A stretch of DNA of 64,000 nt, from positions 6,048,001 through 6,112,000 of the forward strand of contig OZ001293.3 in NCBI GenBank assembly GCA_963921275.4, read 5' to 3'. The DNA comes from an uncultured Hormoscilla sp. (GTDB taxonomy: Bacteria; Cyanobacteriota; Cyanobacteriia; Cyanobacteriales; Desertifilaceae). Of this stretch, positions 53,413 through 64,000 are shown piece by piece; within the stretch, counting starts at the first letter, position 1, and the number at the start of each line of letters is the position of its first letter. The position numbers and the translations under genes are program-made. A model generated the notes under the pieces. It made no database searches and was not told the DNA's origin. It saw only the letters and a program-made list of their open reading frames with translations.

Positions 53413-53948
53413 TACTTGAATTTTCTCTAGAGCTTGTTTTGGCGTTCATAATCTTCTGTCAAAAGGTCAGGTAAGCCTGTTTAGCATGACCAAAACATTT
53501 TCTCTTTCACTTTTACCTCACTTCCCTATTCTTCCTTACCCATTCTCGGGTGTCAATGGTGATAATACTGAATCTTAAGCGCAACTTCAAACACTTATAT
53601 CTAGAACCGGTCTGCCGCCACTTGCAGGATGCTAGCTTAACATGAACTTATTTTTTTAGGAATAACTCAAGTTGCTCCCTACACAAACACAATGCCTAAA
53701 GAAGCTCTCCCCTGCCGTTTTCTAGTTCCAATAGAGACTATATTTATTCATTTTAGCCTCTATTTTTCTCAAGAACCTCGTCTTCGGGTATATTTTTATC
53801 GGTAGCAACTTGGGTTAGGAATAAAGCTATTCCTAAAACTACTTGTAAGTCCTGCTTCCTGTTCGGCCAGCGCTCTCGATCAGATATTACCTGTTCAACA
53901 TCATAGCATGTGCAATATCTTTTGAACCGAATTGACAGGCAATTCCAA

Positions 53949-54875
53949 CTATCGATCACCCAGGATCTGCTCTAAAGCTGATTTCACGGTCCGATATTGA
54001 TACTCAAAGCCCGAGTCCAAGGTGCGTTTGGGCAAAACCTGTTGACCTTCCAGAACTACCTTGGCCCCATCTCCCAATAATAACTCTAAAGCTATGTTGG
54101 GCACTGGCAACCAGGAAGGTCGTTTTAAGACAAGTCCCAGATTCTGGCATAATTCCGATAACCGGACTGGGTTGGGTGCAGTGGCGTTGAATACTCCTTC
54201 AACTTCCCGATGACCTAGGGAAAACAAAATCAGGTTAACCACGTCCTCTCGGTGAATCCAGGAGAACCACTGACGACCGGTGCCTAGGGGACCGCCGACA
54301 AACATTCTGAAGGCGGGTAGCATTTTGGCTAACGCCCCTCCCATGCCCAGGACAATGCCCAGGCGCAGAATCACCAGTCGCACCCCAGCATCTTTTACTT
54401 TCTGAGCTTCCGCTTCCCATTGGGTACAGACATTCGCCAGAAAATCGGCACCCGCTGGACTGCTTTCGACAAAAGTGGCCGTTTCGCTAGTGCCATAGTA
54501 GCCGATCGCGGAAGCATTCACCAACACTTGGGGCTTGGGGTCGGCCTTGGATATCGCTTCCACGATTTTTGCAGTCCCAATGAGGCGACTATCTCCGATC
54601 GACTGCTGGTATTTTGGAGTCCAGCGTTCGGAGGCAATGGGCGCACCCGCTAGGTTTACCACCGCGTCACAGCCTGCGATCGCTCCTTGCCAGTCCCTTG
54701 ATGCCGTGGGTCTATAGGTGACAATTTCTAAATTACCGAAAGCAGTAGGAGGAAAGACTCGCTTGGCCCTGGTTCCGTCGCGACTGAGAACCAGTATTTG
54801 CTCTCCTTGTGCATGTAGACGCTCTACTAACCGACTACCGACAAATCCCGTCGCACCTGTAATTGCTACTTTCAT
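53949..54875 (-). CDS. TIGR01777 family NAD-dependent epimerase (ThyD-like)
   Basis: MKVAITGATGFVG, NLAGAPI, SWIHREDVV, FNATAPNPV. Confidence 0.92.
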   Translation of the reverse strand: MKVAITGATGFVGSRLVERLHAQGEQILVLSRDGTRAKRVFPPTAFGNLEIVTYRPTASRDWQGAIAGCDAVVNLAGAPIASERWTPKYQQSIGDSRLIGTAKIVEAISKADPKPQVLVNASAIGYYGTSETATFVESSPAGADFLANVCTQWEAEAQKVKDAGVRLVILRLGIVLGMGGALAKMLPAFRMFVGGPLGTGRQWFSWIHREDVVNLILFSLGHREVEGVFNATAPNPVRLSELCQNLGLVLKRPSWLPVPNIALELLLGDGAKVVLEGQQVLPKRTLDSGFEYQYRTVKSALEQILGDR

Positions 54876-55183
54876 AGACCTCACCTCCACTTGCTCTAGT
54901 TTACAACACTCCGGGAAGGTGCATCTGACTTTTGCTGCTAGCATATTCGCTCCGGAGCCCAGAAACCAGGTATATGGGAAAAACCTGGTTTCTTAATCTG
55001 GTGTCGAGCTTGCGGTGTAATACCATTTTGGAAAAACAATACTACAATTAGTTTCAGCATCATCTTTTTAGTCGGTATAACACCGAGTGATCGCGCAGCG
55101 CGGCGTCAGCCGTGCGCTATCGGCCTTTGGGTTTGAACCGGAAGGTGTCGAGTGGGTAGTGTTCAGGAGATGTCCCCGAGGTA

Positions 55184-55483
55184 GTGCGGGAAATCTTGTG
55201 CGCACAATATCGATCGGAAGCCGAATCAGATCCTAACGGATATGTTTCCACTCCCACCTTGTCCCTGACGCGCAAATTGATTCGGCAAAATGTGGTGATA
55301 TCCGCCTTGGAGCTGGCGATCGAACATCTAAGGGACTTTAGCTGTGAAAGCGACGGCAACATCGTCACCTGTCGCAGTCTTGACTCTATGTGCCCAGAAC
55401 CCTACGATGGTCGTTACGCCAAGTACAACGAACCGACTTGGGTGATTGAACAACATACAGAGCCCTGCATTGCAAAGCAATAA
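55184..55483 (+). CDS. Hypothetical protein (possibly a fragment)
   Basis: 99-aa ORF only. Confidence 0.35.
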   Translation: MREILCAQYRSEAESDPNGYVSTPTLSLTRKLIRQNVVISALELAIEHLRDFSCESDGNIVTCRSLDSMCPEPYDGRYAKYNEPTWVIEQHTEPCIAKQ

Positions 55484-55575
55484 TAATTTTACAGAAAACC
55501 GGGTTTTTTAATTCCTGCCTGGTCCCCGATTGTAGTAGACTTGATTTTCATCCGATCGAATATTTTGATAGTCCA

Positions 55576-56265
55576 GTGCTGATATCTGCCTCTGTTATTG
55601 CCTTAGAGTTAAAACTTGCCGTCGTAGCAGTCTGGTTGGGAGTCCTGTTCCTGCTAGCCGCGTGGCTACATCGCGACACCCAGACCGATGCCGAAATCGT
55701 CCGCAAGGTGGTTCACATTGGTTCGGGTAATGTAATTTTGCTAGCCTGGTGGCTGGCTATACCGGCTTGGATCGGGATTTCGGCCTCGATCGTATTTAGT
55801 GCGATTACCGTCACCTCCTACTTCGTGCCAATTTTACCAGGTATCAACAGTGTGGGACGGCAAAGTTGGGGGACATTTTTCTATGCTGTCAGCATCGGAT
55901 TGCTAGTTGCGGCATTTTGGCCCTTGCAACAACCCCAGTATGCCGCCTTGGGAGTCTTGATGATGACCTGGGGAGATGGTTTAGCTGCGCTGATCGGTCA
56001 GCGATCTGGACGTCATCAATATTATGTCTGGGGGATACAAAAGAGTTGGGAAGGTTCTGGGACGATGTTCGCAGTCTGCTATCTTATCTGTAGCCTGATT
56101 TTCCTCGGAGTCTATGGCAATCTCTGGCAAACCTGGCTGCTGAGTTTGGTTGTGGCTGTGGTGGCTACCGGTTTGGAAGCTTTCTCTAAATTGGGCATTG
56201 ATAATCTGACCGTACCCTTGGGGAGTGCTGCCGTGGCTTTTGCTTTAATGCAGATGGCGCTATAA
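55576..56265 (+). CDS. Phytol kinase / cytidylyltransferase-family membrane protein
   Basis: RKVVHIGSG, WGDGLAALIG, KSWEGS, DNLTVP. Confidence 0.9.
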   Translation: MLISASVIALELKLAVVAVWLGVLFLLAAWLHRDTQTDAEIVRKVVHIGSGNVILLAWWLAIPAWIGISASIVFSAITVTSYFVPILPGINSVGRQSWGTFFYAVSIGLLVAAFWPLQQPQYAALGVLMMTWGDGLAALIGQRSGRHQYYVWGIQKSWEGSGTMFAVCYLICSLIFLGVYGNLWQTWLLSLVVAVVATGLEAFSKLGIDNLTVPLGSAAVAFALMQMAL

Positions 56266-56339
56266 TGACAATTAAAATTATTATAGCGTTGTAGAGGCAG
56301 GTTGAATATTCATCCAATTTCTCTAATAAATAAACAAGT

Positions 56340-57566
56340 TTATAGTAGATTTTGCCCCTTTACGTATATGGGTACAGGGCGGCGATCGCCAAGGAGATGC
56401 AGGTATCGATCGGGAACATCCTGAACCAGTTCTGGCTCTGGAATTGTTTCACAACGGGGCACAGAGAGAATCAAAGGCTCATCAAAGGACTTGTTAAAGA
56501 ACTGGCTTGCTATTTCCCGAGCAAGTATTTCTGACATCAAAGATGGAACTGCATTACCAATCTGTCTTTGGATTTCTGTTTGAGGACCATTAATTTTGAA
56601 GTTCTTGGGAAAAGTCTGAATTGCGGCCATTTACTGCCAGGAAAGTTTTCTGTTTTGCCAATGAAATGGGCCAATAGCCGAGCCAGGCTGAGCTTGGATA
56701 GTCCAGCTTGGTAGTCTTTTTGATAGTTTGAGCAAGAAACTCCAATACCTCGTCCTCCATCCAAATAAAGGCAAGCCACCCTTGCGATCGGTGTGCCAAA
56801 GGTAGTTCTCATTTTCTGGTATAGACGGCAGCAAATCAGCCCACTTTCCGCCAAGCTTGAGTTTCTGGCTCTTGTCCTCTGGAATATCTCCGATCGCTTC
56901 CCATGCAGAAATATAAGGGCTAAACCCCATATTACTGAGGAAGGTAGTTTCTGCCTCTTCAATAGGAATGTGAGTTGGTTGAGGAAAACGAAAGCGTTTG
57001 CCATTTATCGCAGCAATCAGAAAAAAACGCACGCGCATCTGTGGCACGCCATAATCAGCAACATTTAGAACCGCCCAAGCAGGACTATAATTAACACCAC
57101 AACGACAGTTGATCTCGCTGATTCTTTCAATAATAAACTGAAAACCCTCTTCCTTGCCGTTATAGTTCAGCCCATGCACATTTTCTAACAGGAACACCTT
57201 GGGCAGTATATCCTCAACGAACCGGAAATAGTGAGAGAGTGTATTGGCACGTAGATCTTTCAGTCTGAGTGTATCTCCTTTGCTCCAATAGGCAGACTTT
57301 GAGAAGGGTTGACAGGGAGGACCGCCAAGGAGTACATCACAGGAACTCTTTTTGGTGCCAATTATTCTAGCGATTTCACTGCTAACAACTTCTTCTACGG
57401 GAGCATGAAGGACATTTTCTCGGTGATTGAGACGTAATGTATTGACTGAATACTTGTCATAGTCATTTGAGAACTGGATCTTGAACCCAGCAGCTTCAAA
57501 ACCGTAGTCAAGTCCACCACACCCTGAGAACAGACTTACGGCTTGAAAATCAGATTTCTGGGTCAT
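56340..57566 (-). pseudogene. C5 DNA cytosine methyltransferase with an in-frame stop at 56631-56633
   Basis: LFSGCGG, GPPCQ, LENV, Q.R.R; motif X QIGNAVP lies after the stop in the same frame. Confidence 0.9.
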
Positions 57567-58573
57567 AAACTACCTCCGTTTTCTTTCTGTTGATGGCACC
57601 GATGATATCTGCGAGACCATTTTTTGAGATCCGCTCAAAAATCTCTGACCAAGGCTTTGTCTCTTCGGCAATGGAAATATGCACGTTTACTTCTGCGCTT
57701 GCCCCAGTACCCCAGGCGCGAAGACCTATGCCAGGAGTCCGCTTTGGCTTCTTCTGGAGTATGCGGATCGACTTCATTGCGGAGATCAGATGAAACTCGG
57801 GATTGGCAAACTCATCCCGAATGCTATCCCAATGGCGAGTCGTCATTCCGTAGACAAACTTGTCTTCTGCATCTCTAATTCTTGTACCGGAGTAGTCATT
57901 TATGATTCTCCAGACGATAGCCTCATTGTCATCAAACAATGGAATCAGATGAGTGTTGATAGACTCGACAATAGTATAGTCGATCGCCACTACGTAAAGG
58001 AGGTTTGGTTCTTTTTCTATAGCATCATAGGCTTTATAGACGGGGATTGGAATGCAGTCATCAGGCTTCAAGCCAACGAGTTGCTCCGCATTTTCAAATC
58101 GCGTCCCTGCATTTTTTACATTGACAGGAAGACGTAATTTGCCTTCGGTAAGAGTGAAGTCAATCAGGGTGTGTCCTGACTCTCTATCGTCTTCATAGTC
58201 AACTGTACTACGTTGGCATAGCAAATTATCAAGTTTTTCGATAAAACGTTGCAGCTGGGAAGAGCTTTGTGATTGGGTTTTCCGCAGATCCTGTTTTGGT
58301 TCTTGGCTTAATTCTACACAGGAAACCATCTCGCACAAGTGTGGGGACAATTTCCCGTGCTTTGGTGAGGGAAAAGCAGCCCCTCTCATACAGGTGACGT
58401 GCGACAGCTTCTTGTGAACGCTCTTGGTTTATTAACCACAGATAAGCCTTTGAAGTCCAGTGCCTATCCATCGCGAATCTGGAAGGACGGCTTGTATGGC
58501 CTGCGCTGCTTCTGTTTCGGTATAGTTTATATTCGCCATTAGCAATTTTCCATAGCGTTCCGGCGTCGCGCAC
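57550..58573 (-). pseudogene. Putative type II restriction endonuclease, frameshifted near 58245
   Basis: Overlaps the MTase start; IDF...NVKN PD-(D/E)xK-like core; N-terminal part in ORF 58229-58573. Confidence 0.6.
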
Positions 58574-58618
58574 TGCGTATACGCAAATACAAATGCATGC
58601 ATTATCGTTGCTCCCTTA

Positions 58619-59407
58619 CTATCTTAATCCTTGTTGTCGCAAAAGTGCATTTGCCCAAGCTGCATCTGTTTGGGATAAGCGCGGCACGGGTTCTTGAGAG
58701 TAATCGATCTTCAAGTCGTAGCTACCAATGTCATATATTCCAGTTAATAAATCTCGTAAGTCTATAACTGGTTCGGGATCTTCGGCACGCAATGGCAAGG
58801 GAAACGATGGAATTTGATTTTGGAGGTTAAAGGCATATAAATCGGCTTTGGGACGCTGTTGACCGCGACTAACTAAAATCCGATAGTGACTTTTGATTCC
58901 CTTATTGACAATTGGCATCTGTTTCCCCGATCGCAGTAAATCTATTTCCACAAAATTAGTCGAACTTCCTAAGATTTGCTCGCGTTTCGTGAGATAAGCA
59001 TCTCGTCCTTTTCCCATTCTTTTATTAACAGGAGATAAGACTTCAATGCTAGTTACAACTTTCTTGGTTGCCACCTCCTTGATTTCTAAATAACCTTGCC
59101 GAACAGTTATTGGCATTGGTAGGGTTACTGTTATTGGTTCTGCTGTCGGTGCCGCCACCGCAACTGCCGTGGGGTTTGAGGTACTAATTTTACCTGCTTT
59201 TGACAGCACCGATACATCGGGAATACCCACAAGCAAAGATTGTTCGTCGTTGCTTTCATACATTCGTACTTCTACCGAAACCACATATTTCGGACGTAGT
59301 TGAGGCGATAATGATTGCGCGATCGCCGTTATTAAAAAGTGATGGAATCCCGGCCATAAATCAGGATGTTCCAAATAGGTATCCATGCCGGGAAATGGGG
59401 ATGGCAT
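58619..59407 (-). CDS. DUF4058 family protein
   Basis: MPSPFPGMDTYLE, IEVLSPVNK, VEIDLLR. Confidence 0.9.
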   Translation of the reverse strand: MPSPFPGMDTYLEHPDLWPGFHHFLITAIAQSLSPQLRPKYVVSVEVRMYESNDEQSLLVGIPDVSVLSKAGKISTSNPTAVAVAAPTAEPITVTLPMPITVRQGYLEIKEVATKKVVTSIEVLSPVNKRMGKGRDAYLTKREQILGSSTNFVEIDLLRSGKQMPIVNKGIKSHYRILVSRGQQRPKADLYAFNLQNQIPSFPLPLRAEDPEPVIDLRDLLTGIYDIGSYDLKIDYSQEPVPRLSQTDAAWANALLRQQGLR

Positions 59408-59517
59408 TAGTTTTCCTCCTTATCGGTTAAGTCTAGCAACTATTATATCTTAATACTAGATTATCCGCTTGTAAACTTAGGAAATTGGGGCGATCGCCTC
59501 CGTGAGCGCGACATAAA

Positions 59518-60113
59518 TTTAGTCTTCTACTTCCTTTTCTTCTTCCTCAAACCGGACATACTCGTACAGATCCGTTAAGGATATTTCAAACTAAACCGAT
59601 ACTAGAGATAAAACCGACTCTTCTGATTCTAGGTAACGAATTAACCAGTTGTCATCATCATTTTTGATATAATGTTCTACATCAAACCTGTATTGGTCGA
59701 TCGTGATATATTCTTTAAAAGTGGGAATCTATCGATAAAATTGAAACTTATCTCCTCGATTGTAATTGCGGGTTTAATTGGATAGCACTTCCACAATGAC
59801 AGCAGGATTTGTGACCGTATCTTTGCGGTTATCATGGTAGGCAATATCGCCACAGATAATTTGCAAGTCTGGGTAGGTGTAGCGGGGATGGGCAGGGATC
59901 CAGAGGCGAACATCACTGCTAAAAAAGCTGTTTTTTTGGCCCCGCCAACTTTAAGAAAGCAACTAAATTGAGCGCAATGCGATTATGATTCGCAGTGCAG
60001 CCCGTTATGGATGCAATTTCTCCGTTGTGGTATTCGTGTTTGATGTCCGACTTGGACTCCAATGCCAAATATTCTTCTGGAGTGTAGGTGTGAGGCTTTG
60101 CTTGCACTAACAT
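59518..60113 (-). pseudogene. Uma2 family endonuclease, frameshifts and stops
   Basis: YTPEEYL..E..KHEYHNG, YTYPD, VIVEV, DRGDKF spread over different frames. Confidence 0.85.
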
Positions 60114-60129
60114 GGTTGATATCCTGGTC

Positions 60130-60233
60130 GTTTGTAGTAAACGCTAAAGCGTTTGCCGTTTGTAGTAAACGCTAAAGCGTTTGCCGTTTGTAGTAAACGC
60201 TAAAGCGTTTGCGGGTTTGTAGTAAACGCTTTA
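60130..60233. repeat. Tandem REP array GTTTGTAGTAAACGCTAAAGCGTTTGCC, ~4 copies
   Basis: 28-29-bp palindromic units without spacers; single copies near 9135 and 10510. Confidence 0.9.
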
Positions 60234-60503
60234 GGGAACTCCAAGTAAATAATCCTCCTTTAGGATCCAGTAGTCCAGATGCACCAGTTGGTACAGCGAT
60301 AGAAATTGGGTAATTTAACCTAAGTTGCTACCTATAGAACCTCAACTCCTTGCAAAGCGCCAAAATCAGCCAAAATCAGCCAAAATTACCTTGTGATTTA
60401 CCCCAAAACAGCATTTTGGCGAATAAATTTACCAAAATGGCTGTCTGGGAGGTCGCAATTTTTATAGGTAGCAACTTGAGTTAATTTATTTTTTGGAAGT
60501 CCC
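60234..60503. mobile_element. MITE (GGGA(A/C)TTCC-type ends, TTA duplication) containing a nested 166-bp element (60317-60482)
   Basis: Outer IRs GGGAACTCCAAGTAAATAA / TTATTTTTTGGAAGTCCC; inner 18/20-nt IRs flanked by an AATTT duplication. Confidence 0.75.
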
Positions 60504-60893
60504 TTAGCATTTTAGCGATCGCATCGGGGCAGGGCATCAGTGAATTGAGCGGATGTTCCGACCGATTATCTTCTGCGGTGCCCCGGAGATCGTCCCAGAA
60601 TTGTAGATGCTGCGCCGACCCGGGACCGGTTGCACCTTCGATGTCCCCCAGAGGGGACGCGCTATTCGCACTACCCCAGAGACATCGCGAAGTCATTCTG
60701 ACGCCAGTGCCAAAGATGGTGACGGAGAAATAGCTGCGTTGGGTTAGAAGTGAAAATTGCTATAAATCAAAAGCCCTGGAATAGAGTTCTTCCAGGGCTT
60801 CATTTTTACAGAGAATATTTATCATGCCAACAACTAGAGCAGCTGGACATATCTGCTCCGATCTCCACTAGCTGGATGAAAATCGGTCAGTTA

Positions 60894-61028
60894 TTATACC
60901 CAATGGCTGTAAAAATCGCCATCAAATGGTTGTACGCCAATGGATGGGTAGTCTTCACCATTAGGACGAAAGATTTCGTTGAAGGCTTCCACTAGATATT
61001 GGATCAGTTCATTCATGGAAATTTTCAT
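60894..61028 (-). CDS. Conserved cyanobacterial small protein (44 aa, possibly Norf1-like)
   Basis: GGAG RBS; MKISMNELIQYLVEAFNEIFRPNGEDYPSIGVQPFDGDFYSHWV; below the ORF-track cutoff. Confidence 0.7.
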   Translation of the reverse strand: MKISMNELIQYLVEAFNEIFRPNGEDYPSIGVQPFDGDFYSHWV

Positions 61029-61417
61029 CGTACCATCTCCTTCTTAAATGACTTGCTATATCTCCATCATAGGGGCTGTAATCGTGAATGGGATCGATAC
61101 TATAGGATTATTAATATTTTGTTACTTTTGGCAATATTTTATGTAAAAAAACTACATAAAAATAATTTGATTAAGTTATATTAAGTCAGTTATCAGGCCG
61201 AAACCACTTGATTGCAGTGATTATAAGCCCTCTAGCTGGGAGATCGAGCCACTAGCTTTAGTAAAAGCAATAACTCCGATCATTGTTACAGTTTGTAACG
61301 AACTTCTGAGCGATTGCCGGTATATACAGGGATAAAGTTACTATCATCAAAAGACACGCGCAGTCAGACTGACAATGGCTGCCTGTTATGCCTGTGTTGG
61401 TCGGGACTAGCGCCGGT

Positions 61418-61529
61418 AAACGCTAAAGCGTTTACTACAAACCCGCAAACGCTAAAGCGTTTACTACAAACCCGCAAACGCTAAAGCGTTTACTACAAAC
61501 CCACAAACGCTAAAGCGTTTACTACAAAC
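61418..61529. repeat. Tandem REP array, 4 x 29 bp, inverted relative to the 60130 array; contains the nadB stop codon
   Basis: AAACGCTAAAGCGTTTACTACAAACCCGC units. Confidence 0.9.
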
Positions 61530-63216
61530 GATTCTTTTTGGCGTTGACAGGGAAAAGTTCTATCCGATCGCCGACTACTACAGTATGCACTTCCCACGCA
61601 GCTGCCGTTTCAGGATAATCTTTGCGATAATGTCCGCCCCGACTTTCGGTGCGAAATATTGCACTTTTGAGCATTAAATAGCCGATATCCAATAAATTCA
61701 TCGTTTCTGCCGCAATTTTTAATTGTTGGGAGGCAATTTCCGACTCAAATTGGATGCTTTCGGTGGCCGATAAATTCAAAATATATTTGCCAATCTCTAA
61801 ATCTGCCAACTTCCAACGCCAGGAACAAACTTGAGAGATCGCCTCTTCTAACACAGACTGCGTTCGACAAATCCCCGCACTATGCCACATTAAGGCCGGC
61901 AACTTTTCTCTCACCAACTCTACCTGCTCTATTTCCCTACTCCAGTCTCCCTTGAACGCTGTCAAAGACTCGTCCACCTTACTATCTACCCTATGGTGGG
62001 CGGTGGCCACCCTACCGCTAACTGGTTCCACTTCCAAAGAAAGCAGTTGCGCGGCAAACACAATACATTCTAACAAAGAATTGCTCGCCAAACGATTTGC
62101 TCCATGCACTCCCGTACTGGCAGTCTCGCCAATGGCATATAACCCCAGTATAGAAGTAGCATTCATCAAATCAACCGCCACCCCTCCCATCCAATAATGA
62201 GCAGCGGGTGCTACTGGTATCGGTTGCTGGAAAACATCTACCCCCCACTGCTGACATGTTTGGATGATATTCGGGAAACGATAGCGAACCCTTGAGGGGA
62301 CGATCGCTCGCAAGTCTAAATATACATTAGCCGTTGCCGGATCTGGGGCGGTTTTTTCTAAATGGTTAAAAATTGCCCGACTGACCACATCTCGCGGCGC
62401 TAACTCTCCTTTGGAATGGTAATCAAAGGCAAAACGCCTGCCCGACCCATCTACCAAATGGGCCCCCTCTCCTCGTACCGCTTCGCTAATCAGAAAGTGA
62501 GGTGCCCTCGGTTGGCTGAGGGCCGTGGGATGAAATTGCACGAATTCTAAATCCCGCACTGCTGCCCCCGCCCGCCAAGCGAGGGCGACTCCATCTCCGG
62601 TACTTACTGAGGGGTTGGTGGTTTTGGCGAATATTTGACCCCCCCCACCGGTGGCTAAAATTACTGCATTTGCCGGAAGCCACAGGATTTGATTTTGGTA
62701 CAGGAGGCTGATACCCTGGCAGCGGCCGGTTTGGGGGTTTTGCCACAAGCTGAGGGCAAAGGCTTGGGATAATAACTGGATGTTGGGGCGTTCCGATACT
62801 CTAGCTGTGAGGATCTCAACGATCGCCCGTCCAGTGGTATCTTGAGAATGCAGGACTCGGGACCGAGAATGGGCAGCTTCTAGGGTTGTTGCTAGTTTGT
62901 TATTAACTGCGTCAAAGGCTACTCCTAGTTTTACTAAGGAGGCGATCGCTTCTGGGGCGTTTTCTACAAGAAATTCTGCTGCGGCGCGATCGCACAAACC
63001 TACCCCTGCATTTAAGGTATCTTCCAGATGCAGTTGGGGGGAGTCGTTGTCCGCTATTGCTGCCGCTATTCCTCCTTGGGCCCATTTACTCGAACCGGTT
63101 CGGAGTTTGTCTTTAGTAACTAGGCCCACGCGATAGCGTTCTGACAGACACAGGGTAGCATAGAGTCCGGCTGCTCCCGAGCCCACTACGATAATATCAA
63201 AGGTCGAGTTGTTCAA
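61522..63216 (-). CDS. nadB: L-aspartate oxidase
   Basis: GSGAAG, WAQGGI, EAAHS, QFHPT, HYWMGG, HGANRLASNSLLE, ESRGGH. Confidence 0.96.
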   Translation of the reverse strand: MNNSTFDIIVVGSGAAGLYATLCLSERYRVGLVTKDKLRTGSSKWAQGGIAAAIADNDSPQLHLEDTLNAGVGLCDRAAAEFLVENAPEAIASLVKLGVAFDAVNNKLATTLEAAHSRSRVLHSQDTTGRAIVEILTARVSERPNIQLLSQAFALSLWQNPQTGRCQGISLLYQNQILWLPANAVILATGGGGQIFAKTTNPSVSTGDGVALAWRAGAAVRDLEFVQFHPTALSQPRAPHFLISEAVRGEGAHLVDGSGRRFAFDYHSKGELAPRDVVSRAIFNHLEKTAPDPATANVYLDLRAIVPSRVRYRFPNIIQTCQQWGVDVFQQPIPVAPAAHYWMGGVAVDLMNATSILGLYAIGETASTGVHGANRLASNSLLECIVFAAQLLSLEVEPVSGRVATAHHRVDSKVDESLTAFKGDWSREIEQVELVREKLPALMWHSAGICRTQSVLEEAISQVCSWRWKLADLEIGKYILNLSATESIQFESEIASQQLKIAAETMNLLDIGYLMLKSAIFRTESRGGHYRKDYPETAAAWEVHTVVVGDRIELFPVNAKKNRL

Positions 63217-63334
63217 TTTTTTCTCCAGATTTTAGAATATTTTTATAACTCTAACTTCTAAAATTTACACTACCTTAACATATTTTTGGTAAACTTCACT
63301 ATAATAAAAAGGCAAGTGCCTTCAGGAGCAGATA

Positions 63335-64000
63335 TTGGTGGAAGATATCCAACTGACGATCGATCCGTCGGACTATAGCCTGTTAACGGACCTTTACCAA
63401 CTGACAATGGGTGCCTGTTATGCCGGTGAAGGTCTGGACCAGCGATGGGCCAGCTTTGAGCTGTTCCCCGTCGTCTGCCAGCCAGTTTTGGCTATTCGAT
63501 CGCAATGGGTTTGGCTCAAGCTGTGGACTACCTAGAGAAATGGCAGTTTAGTTCCACCCAGCTGAAGGCTTTGCGATCGACTGGGATTTTTGAGGGGGCC
63601 CCAGCAAGCTTCTGGTCCCTGCTAGCAGATGGCCACTTCAGCGGGGATGTCTGGGCAGTGCCAGAAGGAACAGCGGTGTTTCCTGATGAACCGGTGCTGC
63701 GGGTGGAGGCCCCATTATGGCAAGCTCAACTGGTAGAGACTTACCTGCTGAATGCGATTAATTATCAAACTCTTTGTGCGACAAAATCGGCTCGGATGCG
63801 GGATGTGGCAGGTACAAGGGTGCCACTGCTGGAGTTTGGCACCAGACGGGCCTTTAGTCCTCAAGCTTCGGTTTGGGCGGCCCGGGCAGCATTAGCAGCG
63901 GGGTTCGATGGCACGTCTAATGTGCTGGCAGCAGTTAAGCTGGGACGCAAGCCTGTGGGAACCATGGCTCATGCTTTGGTGATGGCGATCGCCTCCCTAG
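63335..64000 (+). pseudogene. pncB: Nicotinate phosphoribosyltransferase, frameshift near 63466, runs off the window
   Basis: LLTDLYQLTM...FELF, then the shifted frame RRLPASFGY...EFGTRRA...GTSNV...GTMAHA. Confidence 0.88.

Noticed and set aside
60130..61529. 28-29-bp palindromic arrays as CRISPR
   Set aside because: Units are directly adjacent with no unique spacers and there are no cas genes; single copies are dispersed like REPs
1..64000. tRNA/rRNA genes and the many short overlapping ORFs in the track
   Set aside because: No tRNA or rRNA signatures seen by eye; short ORFs overlapping well-supported genes were treated as shadows

Overview
Cyanobacterial chromosomal DNA: dense HIP1 GCGATCGC octamers, desC, bciB, zds, and many short tandem and REP/MITE-type repeats suggest a filamentous oscillatorian-type genome (inference). 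Housekeeping genes (desC, bciB, cobS, mnmE, zds, nadB, ABC pair, TIGR01777 protein, phytol kinase) are intact, whereas about 18 mostly accessory genes carry frameshifts, stops or truncations. The main signal is a set of group II introns. One full-size RT/HNH intron (43781-46183, IEP frameshifted) and one internally deleted remnant accompany three related ORF-less introns of about 0.9 kb (7673-8596, 26434-~27304, 46530-47428). In these three, domain IV is a conserved, covarying structured RNA of about 230-290 nt rather than a decayed ORF, and each has an EBS1 fitted to its own insertion site. One splits iscA in frame, one splits a small P-loop GTPase-like gene, and one sits in a REP palindrome. 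Also present: a foreign-looking dioxygenase + A-T-C NRPS + DMT exporter island replacing the middle of an antiporter gene; a decaying GTPase/vWA/FHA cluster; a decayed formyltransferase-NRPS; a dead type II R-M pair; a MazF-like toxin with a nonsense-mutated antitoxin; nested MITEs; and an unannotated 44-aa small protein. All RNA structures and domain calls were made by eye and need computational confirmation.
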